A stretch of 43,320 nt of DNA from Nanobdellota archaeon (GCA_043814765.1 JBDRJQ010000027.1:1-43320), one strand, 5' to 3'. Shown: positions 20,037 through 29,258, counted from the first letter of the stretch. The notes: generated from the letters alone by a model not told the origin. Translations and numbers: made by a program.

Positions 20037-21362
20037 TTATCCTTTTCTTTGGAAGCGTGAGCTCCTTTTGGATGAAACCTTTTTCAAAAAAGGTTTCAGA
20101 GATTTAAATGCATGGTTTATAGGATTCCTTATTATTTTTGCCTGTCCGCCGCATATATCGTTGGGCTCGCATACACCAAAATCATTGTACCAGCCTAATC
20201 CTTTGCAGTTAGGAGGCATGCGTACCCCTTTATCCTTGTACCAGCGCAGCTGGCTAAGAACATAGCTATCTCCTAGCGGATTCTTGTTCTTCTGGTTCCA
20301 TGCCATAACAAACTCATCAATTTGCTCTTTTTTCCAGTTAGCAGACGATAAGAAATTAATCAGAATGAACAGGGATCTCTTCCTTCCATCACCAAGACCT
20401 TTCTGTATATTCTTTATGCATGGCGGGAAGTGCTCTTCACCAATTGCTATGCTGGGTCTTTCCCTTAGCTTCTTCTTTTTAATTTTCACATTAACCATTT
20501 CATACCAGTCAACTGCTCCTGCTACTAGGGCTTCAGCTTCATTCTCTTCAGCCTCTTTCAGAAAACTTAAGTTAGCTTTTATTTTTTCAGGTTTAGCTTT
20601 TTCTATTTGAAAATCATCTAAGTCCCCTTTTTTTATCGGTAAAGAAACAAGGAAAGTTTTTCTGTTTATAGAATAAGGCATTCTGAACAAATGCCTTGAT
20701 GATATTAGAATAGGATCTATGTCTGCTGCCTGGAACGGATCCAAACTCTCTCCGCCCTCGTCAAAGAAATTGCCAATTGGTTTGCCGGTCTTCTCTGATA
20801 ATTCTTCAATCTTATATTTTCTGAACAATTCCTTTTCGAACCGCTCTTTCATGTAGCTTTTCAAATAAAGACCGATTTGTCTAGCCAAATCAGGAAAATG
20901 TTTTACAGATTCCAGTGTTTTTTTACCATCAACAACATTTGGTATCGATTTCCACGGAATACCTAACTGAAAGCCTGTTCCGCCAGAATATTTTATTGAA
21001 AATGTCTTTACACCATGCTTCTCTAATGCCCATATCAAGTTTCTTGTAGCTATCTTGCCATAATCAAAATCATAACAATCAATATCCAGAACAAGGTCCC
21101 AGCCAACTCTAAATTGATCATAATCACTGCCCTCTGTTTTCAGTGCCATCGGATTTGACCAGTGCTCTAAAGAACAATGAAATTCAACAGTGCCTGTTCT
21201 AACCATGGCCTTTACATCATCCGGATAAATCAACACGTTTGGTCTAGAACCAAAACTTCCATTCTTGAATACGCCAGCAATTTCTCTGTTTTTACCTATT
21301 TCCAGTAAAGCTGCCTGAATATCTGGCCTAGAGTAGTACTCAAGAATCTGATACGAATTCAT
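20037..21362 (-). CDS. Fused DNA primase PriS-PriL
   Basis: WDLVLDID and YSGGTG (PriS) in the same ORF as FPPCI...PPNC...C..C (PriL Fe-S domain). Confidence 0.92.
   Translation of the reverse strand: MNSYQILEYYSRPDIQAALLEIGKNREIAGVFKNGSFGSRPNVLIYPDDVKAMVRTGTVEFHCSLEHWSNPMALKTEGSDYDQFRVGWDLVLDIDCYDFDYGKIATRNLIWALEKHGVKTFSIKYSGGTGFQLGIPWKSIPNVVDGKKTLESVKHFPDLARQIGLYLKSYMKERFEKELFRKYKIEELSEKTGKPIGNFFDEGGESLDPFQAADIDPILISSRHLFRMPYSINRKTFLVSLPIKKGDLDDFQIEKAKPEKIKANLSFLKEAEENEAEALVAGAVDWYEMVNVKIKKKKLRERPSIAIGEEHFPPCIKNIQKGLGDGRKRSLFILINFLSSANWKKEQIDEFVMAWNQKNKNPLGDSYVLSQLRWYKDKGVRMPPNCKGLGWYNDFGVCEPNDICGGQAKIIRNPINHAFKSLKPFLKKVSSKRSSRFQRKG
20051..20096 (-). repeat. Dispersed mini-element, copy 2 (in the primase 3' end, encodes KPFLKKVSSKRSSRF)
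   Basis: 41/46 identical to 15708-15753. Confidence 0.85.
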
Positions 21363-21456
21363 ATTATCTATTGAAGTTTGGTGTTGAGCAATTTATATTC
21401 AAAGAGCAACAATTTTTTAATATGTTTAGGGATTTGTTCAGGGGTGGCATATTATT

Positions 21457-21786
21457 CTAAGCCTTGAAAATAGAAACAGCAAAAGAGTATAATCCTTTAA
21501 GCATCACTGTTATTCCTAAAAAAAAGAATATTCCCATGTTTAATCCTATAAATGTTAGAACAAAGAATAATCCTGCAGCAAGGTCGAACCATCCCAAGAG
21601 ATCAAAGTAAAATCCATTCGCTGCAGCGGTTCCAGTTGAATACGTTCCTTTAAGCAAATACAGTATTCCTATGAAAAGTATGAATGAAACACCTGCAAGT
21701 GGCACAAATCCGCTTAAAGCTAACACAATTCCAGCGAATATATCAATTATCCCTAATATGAACAACAGCATAGGAACCTGCCTCAT
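21457..21786 (-). CDS. Small 4-TM membrane protein with internal duplication
   Basis: Two LGxxDxxAG...KGxYS repeats. Confidence 0.8.
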   Translation of the reverse strand: MRQVPMLLFILGIIDIFAGIVLALSGFVPLAGVSFILFIGILYLLKGTYSTGTAAANGFYFDLLGWFDLAAGLFFVLTFIGLNMGIFFFLGITVMLKGLYSFAVSIFKA

Positions 21787-21868
21787 ATCCCGTATCGGTT
21801 CCTATAACCTCCACGAGACTTTCACCTTTACATAAGTAAAAGGTTGGTTATAAAAGTAACCCAAAGGT

Positions 21869-24517
21869 TTAAGAAGTAATCTCTATTCCAGGTTTGCCAG
21901 GCTCGCCTCGCTGCGATCTCTCTGATTCACCTTCACTTGCGTGCATTACTTTAACTGGCGTTCCAATTTCATGGGAGATGAAGTTTTCATTTTCTTTAAT
22001 GATCTTATATTCAACGATCCTCTCCATTACAGGTTTTAGCTGCATAACGTTCTTAGTTAGCTTTACTGCATAATTAGCTGCGCCTTTTTGCATCTTTACC
22101 CTGCTTTCCTTCATCATATGGAACATTATTCTCTTAGGATCCTTCTTGTTCTTGAGAGCTATTTTTATTGCAATATATTTCCACTCAGGACTTATGTAGA
22201 TGTTTATCTGTTTAGGATCTGTTTTAACTAAGTGTTTTACTGCTCTGGCATCATCTATTATTTGCTCCAATAAAGATTCTACTGCATCTATCTTTGGGTT
22301 GATTAATTTTTTATTGTACTGGGGCCATGGTGCAACTGATATTAAGCCTTTCCCTCCAAGCTTTTCCCACATCTCTTCAGCAATGTGTGGTGTCATTGGA
22401 GCAATCAATAAACATAAATTTTTTAATGACTCATTATAGCACTTGTTACTAACAAATTCTTTCTGCTTATGAAGATAATTGATAAATTCTATAATCCTTG
22501 TATTAGCCAAATTGAAATGCATTTTTTCAAAATATTCTGTAACCTCCTTTATCGTTTTATACAGCCTGTTGTAAAGATTGGCATCTCTTGATCCAGTCTT
22601 TGATCCTTTATGATCTATCATTTTATGCAGTCTGCTCAAAAACCTGTAAGTGCCTTCTATGCCATCGTCACTCCAATCCAGTTCTTTCTCAGGCAGCGCT
22701 GAAGAAAGCATGAAAAGACGCGTAGTGTCTGCCCCATATCTGTCTATCATTTCATCAGGATCCACAACGTTTCCAATTGACTTTGACATCTTTGCTCCGT
22801 CTTTTGTAACCATGCCTTGCGTTAGCAATCCTTTTGCGTACTCATCAAATTTTAGATAACCCATATCCTTCAGGAATTTGGTAATAAACCTAGAGTATAT
22901 TAAGTGCCCTGTTGCATGCTCTATACCGCCAATATACTGGTTGACAGGAGTCCAGTAGTTTACAGCTTTTCTGTCAAATATCTCTTTGCTCTTCGGTGAA
23001 CAGTATCTGTAAAAATACCAGGATGAATCTACAAATGTGTCCATGGTGTCCGTTTCCCTTTTTGCCTTGCCACCGCATTTAGGGCATAAAGTGTTAACGA
23101 ACTTCATGCTGGTTTTCATTGGATTGCCCTGCGTCTTGAAATTAACATCCTCAGGAAGCTTTACAGGCAAATCCTTTTCAGGAACAGGAACTGCTCCGCA
23201 CTTCTTGCAATATATTATTGGTATAGGCGTTCCCCAATATCTCTGTCTTGATATCAACCAATCACGAAGCCTGTATCTGATAACTCTTTTTCCCCACTTG
23301 TTTTTTTCAAAATAATCCATTATCTTTTTTGTTGCCTTGTGGATGTCCATTCCATTCAAGAAACCAGAGTTGGTCATGGTTCCTTCATCTTCTTGTACCT
23401 GTTCCATTCTTGTTATTTCTGACATGTCCAGATCCTTGCCTATAACCACTCTAATTATAGGCAAATCAAATTCTTTTGCAAACTCAAAATCTCTCTTGTC
23501 ATGTCCGGGAACTCCGACAACAGCGCCTGTTCCAACATCCATCATAACAAAATCAGTTACCAAGATAGGCATCTTCTTTTTTGTTAAATGGTTAATACAG
23601 CTTAATCCGGTAAATACCCCTGTTTTCTTTCTGTTCTCTTCCAGTCTCTCTTCCCGCGTTTTCTTTTTGGCCTGTTTTATATACGTTTCAACAACTTTCT
23701 TTTGTTCAGTTGGAATAAATCCACGTTTACTTAATAGTGGATGTTCAGGAGCCATGACTACAAAGGTGGCTCCAAAATTAGTATCAGGCCTGGTTGTTGA
23801 AACAGTTATCTTTTCTTTTCTGTCTTCAATATTATAATCTATATCAATCCACTCTTTCCTGCCTATCCAATTTTCCTGCATTACTCGAACATTTTCTGGC
23901 CATCCGCCCAGCTTTTTAATGCCCTTCAAAAGCCTGTCAGAATATTTTGTTATCTTGAAGAACCACTGCTCCAGTTTTTTCTCTTTAACATCTGATTTGC
24001 ATCTCCAGCACTTGCCATTGACCACTTGTTCGTTGGCAAGGACAGTCTTGCAGCTATGACACCAGTTAACTAGAGCCTCTTTTCTGTAAACAAGCCTTTT
24101 CTTTAGCATCTGCAAAAACAACCACTGGTTCCATTTATAGTATTCTTCTTTATGTGTTTCTACCATCCTATCCCAGTCATAACTGAAACCAAGATTGCCC
24201 AGCTGTTTTTTCATGTTAGCTATGCAATTTTCTGTCCAAATTTTTGGATTGGTTCCATCCTTCTTGGCTGCGTTTTCTGCAGGAAGACCAAATGAATCAA
24301 ATCCCATAGGATATAAAACGTTAAAACCTTGCATCCTCTTGAAACGGGCATAACTGTCACCAATAGAGTAATTCCTTACATGTCCCATGTGAATCTTACC
24401 GCTAGGATAAGAGAACATCTCAAGAACATAGAATTTTTTCCCGCTTTTTTTAGCCTTAAAAATACCAGCTTCTTTCCATTTCTTCTGCCACTTAGCATCT
24501 ATCTTCTTTAGAGACAT
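21869..24517 (-). CDS. leuS: Leucyl-tRNA synthetase, bacterial-type core
   Basis: FYVLEMFSYPSGKIHMGHVRNY, MQENWIG, DWLISRQRYWG, YIGGIEHA, KMSKS. Confidence 0.96.
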   Translation of the reverse strand: MSLKKIDAKWQKKWKEAGIFKAKKSGKKFYVLEMFSYPSGKIHMGHVRNYSIGDSYARFKRMQGFNVLYPMGFDSFGLPAENAAKKDGTNPKIWTENCIANMKKQLGNLGFSYDWDRMVETHKEEYYKWNQWLFLQMLKKRLVYRKEALVNWCHSCKTVLANEQVVNGKCWRCKSDVKEKKLEQWFFKITKYSDRLLKGIKKLGGWPENVRVMQENWIGRKEWIDIDYNIEDRKEKITVSTTRPDTNFGATFVVMAPEHPLLSKRGFIPTEQKKVVETYIKQAKKKTREERLEENRKKTGVFTGLSCINHLTKKKMPILVTDFVMMDVGTGAVVGVPGHDKRDFEFAKEFDLPIIRVVIGKDLDMSEITRMEQVQEDEGTMTNSGFLNGMDIHKATKKIMDYFEKNKWGKRVIRYRLRDWLISRQRYWGTPIPIIYCKKCGAVPVPEKDLPVKLPEDVNFKTQGNPMKTSMKFVNTLCPKCGGKAKRETDTMDTFVDSSWYFYRYCSPKSKEIFDRKAVNYWTPVNQYIGGIEHATGHLIYSRFITKFLKDMGYLKFDEYAKGLLTQGMVTKDGAKMSKSIGNVVDPDEMIDRYGADTTRLFMLSSALPEKELDWSDDGIEGTYRFLSRLHKMIDHKGSKTGSRDANLYNRLYKTIKEVTEYFEKMHFNLANTRIIEFINYLHKQKEFVSNKCYNESLKNLCLLIAPMTPHIAEEMWEKLGGKGLISVAPWPQYNKKLINPKIDAVESLLEQIIDDARAVKHLVKTDPKQINIYISPEWKYIAIKIALKNKKDPKRIMFHMMKESRVKMQKGAANYAVKLTKNVMQLKPVMERIVEYKIIKENENFISHEIGTPVKVMHASEGESERSQRGEPGKPGIEITS

Positions 24518-24568
24518 AATATTCACTATGTATATTATTTACAGAACTTGATTAAAAAATAAAAAGCG

Positions 24569-25750
24569 TTATCCGTTAACAAACTCTCCAATCTTCGCGT
24601 ATGCTTCTTCTAGCATTTCTGGCTGAGCCAAAAACACAACACGAAAATGATCTGGTGTAGGATAGCCAAACCCTGTACCATGCACGACTAGAATGTGTTT
24701 TTGATGCAATAAATCTATTACCCATTTTTTGTCATTTTCAATAGGTTTCTCTATCTTTGGGAAAGCGTAAAATGATCCCTTAGGTTTTACACAGCTAATG
24801 CCTTCTATTTCATTTAGAAGTTTGTGTGTGATATCACGATTTATTTGCATCTTATCTCGCATTTTCAAAGCTGATTTTTCTTCATGCTCTAGTGCTGGTT
24901 TTATTGCGTATTGAAATGGGTGAGGAGCGCATAGTCTTGCACGAGAGAGTTTTGCTACAGTCTCTCTTAATGGACCAATCCTGTTTTCTGCGCCGCTGAA
25001 GATCATCCATCCTGCACGCCACCCAGGAGCTATGTAATTTTTTGAAAGCCCCCCAAATGTTACAACAGGAACATCATCAGACAATGATGCTGTTGCGTTG
25101 AGCCGTTCTCCATCAAAAACTAATTTATCATATATCTCATCAGAGAATATCACAAGATCCTTTTCGTTTGCAATATCTACTATTTCTTGCAGCGTCTGCC
25201 TTGAATATAATGCTCCCGTAGGATTATTTGGGTTTATGATTACAATGCCTTTTGTTTTATCATTCACTTTTTTCTTCATATCATCTATGTCAGGTTGCCA
25301 TTCATTGTTTTCATCCATCATATAATGGTTATGTTCTGCTTCCAATAGGTTTGTTACACTATTATATAACGGATAGCCAGGGCATGGCGTAAGAATATTC
25401 TCACCAGAGTTAACCAAAGATTGCATACAAAGAGTTATTCCTTCACTTGCTCCTGTTGTTGTGATTATAGAATCTATATTAGTTTTGATGCCTTTCCTTT
25501 CAGATTCCTTTAATATGGCTTCTCTAGCTTCTTGTACTCCCATAGAGTGCGCATAACCGTTTTTATTATCTTTCATTGCTTGCACAACTGCTTCTATAAG
25601 ACTTTCTGGTGGCTTATGGCCAAAGACATTAGGGTCGCCAATGTTAAGATGTAATATTTTATGGCCTTGTTTTTTCATTTTATCTGCTTCAACAACAACG
25701 TCTCTTATGGCATAAGTGACATTTTCTGTACGTTTAGCAACTTCAACCAT
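24569..25750 (-). CDS. PLP-dependent class I/II aminotransferase (alanine aminotransferase-like)
   Basis: LNIGDP, INPNNPTG, SDEIY, GLSKNY..PGWRAG. Confidence 0.92.
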   Translation of the reverse strand: MVEVAKRTENVTYAIRDVVVEADKMKKQGHKILHLNIGDPNVFGHKPPESLIEAVVQAMKDNKNGYAHSMGVQEAREAILKESERKGIKTNIDSIITTTGASEGITLCMQSLVNSGENILTPCPGYPLYNSVTNLLEAEHNHYMMDENNEWQPDIDDMKKKVNDKTKGIVIINPNNPTGALYSRQTLQEIVDIANEKDLVIFSDEIYDKLVFDGERLNATASLSDDVPVVTFGGLSKNYIAPGWRAGWMIFSGAENRIGPLRETVAKLSRARLCAPHPFQYAIKPALEHEEKSALKMRDKMQINRDITHKLLNEIEGISCVKPKGSFYAFPKIEKPIENDKKWVIDLLHQKHILVVHGTGFGYPTPDHFRVVFLAQPEMLEEAYAKIGEFVNG

Positions 25751-25779
25751 TATAAACCCCTCCTAACAAAAGTGATAAT

Positions 25780-26397
25780 ATGAAAGGATTAACAGCAATA
25801 TCTTTAATAAGTGGGGGCATTGATTCGCCAGTTGCCGTATATTTGATGATGGAGAAAGAAGTAAACATAATAGCTCTGCATCTGGATACAAGGCCATTTT
25901 CTGATGGCACTAACTTAGAGAAAACAGAGAAAGTTCTAAAGGCCTTAGAAAAACGCTTCAAGAAGAAAATTCCACTTCATGTTATTTCCCACGCAAAAAT
26001 ACAGAAAGAAATCGCCGCGAAGTGCGACAAGCATCTGCGTTGTGTTCTCTGCCGCAGGATGATGTATCGCATTGCAGCGCAGTTGGCAGCAAAAGAAAAC
26101 GCAGACTTCATAGTTACAGGAGAAGCAATAGGACAGAAAGCAAGTCAAACACTTGAAAATATCTATGTTATTGACAAGGCAATAGAACTGCCGATTCTAA
26201 GGCCTCTTTTAGGGTATGACAAAGAGGACATTATAAAAATCGCAAAAGATATCAACACTTTTGAAACAACTGCAACAAGAGGAGGATGCTGTTCACTGGT
26301 GCCCGAGCAACCATCTACCAGAGCAACATTAGAAAGGGTAGAGGAAGAAGAGAAGAAATTGGATATAGAAAAGATGCTGAAGGATATCAACGTCTGA
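25780..26397 (+). CDS. ThiI-like PP-loop sulfurtransferase catalytic domain (no THUMP domain)
   Basis: SGGIDSPVA, CVLCRRMM, TGEAIGQKASQTLEN, LRPLLG, GGCC. Confidence 0.88.
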   Translation: MKGLTAISLISGGIDSPVAVYLMMEKEVNIIALHLDTRPFSDGTNLEKTEKVLKALEKRFKKKIPLHVISHAKIQKEIAAKCDKHLRCVLCRRMMYRIAAQLAAKENADFIVTGEAIGQKASQTLENIYVIDKAIELPILRPLLGYDKEDIIKIAKDINTFETTATRGGCCSLVPEQPSTRATLERVEEEEKKLDIEKMLKDINV

Positions 26398-26662
26398 TCT
26401 CAAAACAGTCTTCTGTACCGCGCAGACTTTCCCACTCAACTTCCACATTTTTTACTTCTGATCCGAATGAGCCTTTCCTGCAGGAGTCAATTATCTCTTC
26501 TATCTTATAATCTTCACCCTCAAAAACAGCTTCAACTCGGCCGTCTCTTAAATTTTTAACCCAGCCATTAATTTCATAGAGTTTTGCCTGGCTTTTAACA
26601 AATGATCTGAAGAATACGCCCTGAACTTTTCCCGAGATAAAAATATGGGCTCTCTTTTTCAT
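26387..26662 (-). CDS. acyP: Acylphosphatase
   Basis: GKVQGVFFR, GWVKNLRDGRVEAV. Confidence 0.96.
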   Translation of the reverse strand: MKKRAHIFISGKVQGVFFRSFVKSQAKLYEINGWVKNLRDGRVEAVFEGEDYKIEEIIDSCRKGSFGSEVKNVEVEWESLRGTEDCFEIRR

Positions 26663-26695
26663 AGTTTTATATTAATCATAAGCTTTTTATTCTAT

Positions 26696-28879
26696 ATGCT
26701 TCCTCAAGTAGTACAAAAAGTTCTGGATTTATCAGGTATAGCCAGTCTTAACCCTGTTCAGAAGAAGGCTCTAGATATGGGTCTCTTAGATGATGGTAAC
26801 ATGGTTGTGGCTGCTCCCACAGCGTCTGGCAAGACTCTGGTAGCAGAGTTCGCAGCGCTTGATGCAATAAAAAAGAACAAAAAAGTGGTTTACATTGTTC
26901 CTCTCAAGGCCCTTGCTACTGAGAAGTTTGAAGAATTCAAAGAGAAGTATGAGAATCTTGGAATAAAGGTAGGAATAAGCATCGGAGATATGGATTCAAC
27001 AGATCCATGGTTAGCCAATTATGATTTGATAATTGTTACTTCAGAAAAACTGGATTCTTTGATAAGACACGGAATCCCATGGGCAGAGATGATAGGTTTA
27101 GTTGTTGTTGATGAAGTGCATCTTTTAGACTCTCCTAATCGCGGTCCAACATTGGAAATTGTTTTAACACGTTTGATACAGCTTGCGAATCCAAAGATTC
27201 TAGCACTGTCTGCAACAATAAACAACTACAAAGAACTTGCTTCTTGGTTGAATGCTAAAGCATTGAAGTCTGACTACCGTCCTGTAAAACTATATAGTGG
27301 TGTTTACCATGAAGGAACTGTTAATTTCCAACCAAATAAAAAACTTGAATTGATTGGGAAGGATGAGCCAATCAATGAACTAATAAGCGAAGTGCTATCA
27401 AAAAACAAACAGTCTCTTGTTTTTGTATCCACACGCAGATCTGCTGAATCAGTTGCGTACAAAATAGGAAATTACATTTCTAATAAACTCTCATCAGATG
27501 AAAAAGTTAAATTGGAAAAACTCTCTGAAAAGGTCATGAAAATTCTGGATCATCCAACAAAGCAATGCGAAAAAATAGCTGATTGTGTAAAAAACGGAAC
27601 AGCCTTTCATCACGCAGGCTTAACTTCGAAGCAAAGAAAGCTCATTGAAACCTCGTTCAGAGAGGGCTTGCTCAAGGTCATTACAGCCACACCTACACTT
27701 AGCTTTGGCCTTAATCTGCCTGCGTATCGCGTCATAATAAGAGACCTTAAAAGGTTCAGCAGTTTTAGCGGAATGATATACCTCCCAACGCTAGAAATCA
27801 TGCAAATGGCTGGCCGAGCAGGCCGTCCGAAGTATGATAATGAAGGAGAAGCAATTCTGATAGCTAAAAACAAGAATGAAGCGACATATGCTTGGGACAA
27901 TTATATAATAGGAGATCCAGAAGATATCTACTCAAAGCTTGGAGTAGAGCCTGTACTAAGAACGCATGTTTTAGCACTGATATCTTCAGGCGTTACGCCC
28001 GACAAAAACTCACTATTTGATTTCTTTTCTAAGACCTTTTACGCGCACCAAAAGGGCGATATACTAGAGCTTAAGATAATACTGGAAAGAGTTCTGGCAT
28101 CATTACAGCAGTTTAGGGTTATAACTATTGGCGATGGTGAACCAGTGCAAGAAGATTTGAGTGATTTCAAATCTGCTGCAAGCATGATAACACAAGGCGA
28201 AGAACTGAAGCCAACCAGAATAGGCAAACGAGTTTCAGAGCTTTACATAGACCCAATGACTGCAAACCATCTAATAGAAAAACTTCAATATGCTGATAAG
28301 AAAGGAACAAGCGATTTTGGAATTCTTCAATTAATATCCAACACAGTGGAAATGAAACCATTGCTCTCAATGAAAAAAGGAGATATGGAAATGATAAATG
28401 ATATTATTGTAAAAGAAGAATCTAGTCTAACAGATAGAATGCCAACGCCTTGGGATATAGAGTATGATGATTTCCTGTGTTCAATAAAAACCGCAGCGAT
28501 GTTTAAAGCATGGATAGAGGAAGCAGGAGAGAACAAAATACACGAAGCATTTGCAGTAACGCCAGGAGAGTTGCACGCAAGACTCTCAAACTCTGACTGG
28601 CTTCTTTATTCAGCACAAGAGCTTGCTCTGCTTTTAGGCCTGAAAGACGTAATTAAAGACATAAGGAAACTACGCATCCGAGTCAAGAACGGTATAAAGG
28701 AAGAGCTACTGCCGCTAGTCCGTTTAAAGGGCATAGGACGTGTGAGGGCAAGGACATTATACAACTTCGGCATAACATCTGTAGACGCCTTGCGCAAGTC
28801 GCCACAAGAACGGGTTGCAAAGCTAGTTGGTGAGAAGATGGCACAGTCAATAAAGGAGCAGTTAGGTGAAACAAAATAA
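26696..28879 (+). CDS. hel308: Ski2-like helicase Hel308/Hjm
   Basis: APTASGKT, DEVH, LSAT, FHHAGL, QMAGRAGRP, C-terminal GIGRVRAR HhH; start placed at ATG 26696. Confidence 0.95.
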   Translation: MLPQVVQKVLDLSGIASLNPVQKKALDMGLLDDGNMVVAAPTASGKTLVAEFAALDAIKKNKKVVYIVPLKALATEKFEEFKEKYENLGIKVGISIGDMDSTDPWLANYDLIIVTSEKLDSLIRHGIPWAEMIGLVVVDEVHLLDSPNRGPTLEIVLTRLIQLANPKILALSATINNYKELASWLNAKALKSDYRPVKLYSGVYHEGTVNFQPNKKLELIGKDEPINELISEVLSKNKQSLVFVSTRRSAESVAYKIGNYISNKLSSDEKVKLEKLSEKVMKILDHPTKQCEKIADCVKNGTAFHHAGLTSKQRKLIETSFREGLLKVITATPTLSFGLNLPAYRVIIRDLKRFSSFSGMIYLPTLEIMQMAGRAGRPKYDNEGEAILIAKNKNEATYAWDNYIIGDPEDIYSKLGVEPVLRTHVLALISSGVTPDKNSLFDFFSKTFYAHQKGDILELKIILERVLASLQQFRVITIGDGEPVQEDLSDFKSAASMITQGEELKPTRIGKRVSELYIDPMTANHLIEKLQYADKKGTSDFGILQLISNTVEMKPLLSMKKGDMEMINDIIVKEESSLTDRMPTPWDIEYDDFLCSIKTAAMFKAWIEEAGENKIHEAFAVTPGELHARLSNSDWLLYSAQELALLLGLKDVIKDIRKLRIRVKNGIKEELLPLVRLKGIGRVRARTLYNFGITSVDALRKSPQERVAKLVGEKMAQSIKEQLGETK

Positions 28880-28885
28880 AATATC

Positions 28886-28912
28886 TTTATAAGCAGGTTA
28901 TGATAATTATCA
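28886..28912 (+). promoter_or_regulatory. TATA box and 12-bp palindrome upstream of the candidate ncRNA
   Basis: TTTATAAG at 28886-28893; TGATAATTATCA at 28901-28912. Confidence 0.55.
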
Positions 28913-28920
28913 CCAATAAA

Positions 28921-29059
28921 GGGAGTTGAAACCGCGAAATCTTGGCTCAGCGTTTTACGAACTAACCGGTTGTCCATGCCTTGGCCCCAAGGATTAAGAA
29001 CATTGCCGGATGTTCAATGAGCAATGAGGATTACGTTCCTCGGACTTGGGTTAACTCCC
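28921..29059 (+). ncRNA. Candidate structured ncRNA of unknown family
   Basis: Closing stem GGGAGUUGA/UUAACUCCC; internal helices GCUCA/UGAGC, CCUUG/CAAGG, GAACAU/AUGUUC, GAGGA/UCCUC; locally GC-rich; flanked by TATA box and terminator. Confidence 0.65.
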
Positions 29060-29066
29060 TATTGGC

Positions 29067-29090
29067 GATATTCAGTGAATATCCTTTTTT
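29067..29090 (+). terminator. Hairpin plus oligo-T terminator
   Basis: GATATTC-AGT-GAATATC-C-TTTTTT. Confidence 0.6.
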
Positions 29091-29258
29091 ATTAGTCATC
29101 CTATGTAACGGGAATCATCCCAGAAGCTTTATTACATGCAAACATACCCTCCACCTCCAAGGATATTTTTTTTCTCGCTTTAAATGAATATTTCAGAATT
29201 AATTCTCACATACTACAGAAAGATTACATAATCTCTTAAATATCAAATTATAATGTTG

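Noticed and set aside
20037..20110. The primase copy of the mini-element as a spliced mRNA intron
   Set aside because: I could not build a 4-bp helix with two 3-nt bulges from the flanks, and the ORF is open through it
28921..29059. Assignment of the structured RNA to SRP RNA, RNase P RNA, 5S rRNA or tRNA-Sec
   Set aside because: No SRP helix-8 motif; the minus-strand GAGGAA lies in a local hairpin with no CR-V partner; no 5S conserved loops; no cloverleaf with a UCA anticodon arm
28981..29187. 68-aa plus-strand ORF in the track
   Set aside because: TTG start inside a hairpin, runs through the terminator, no recognisable protein features
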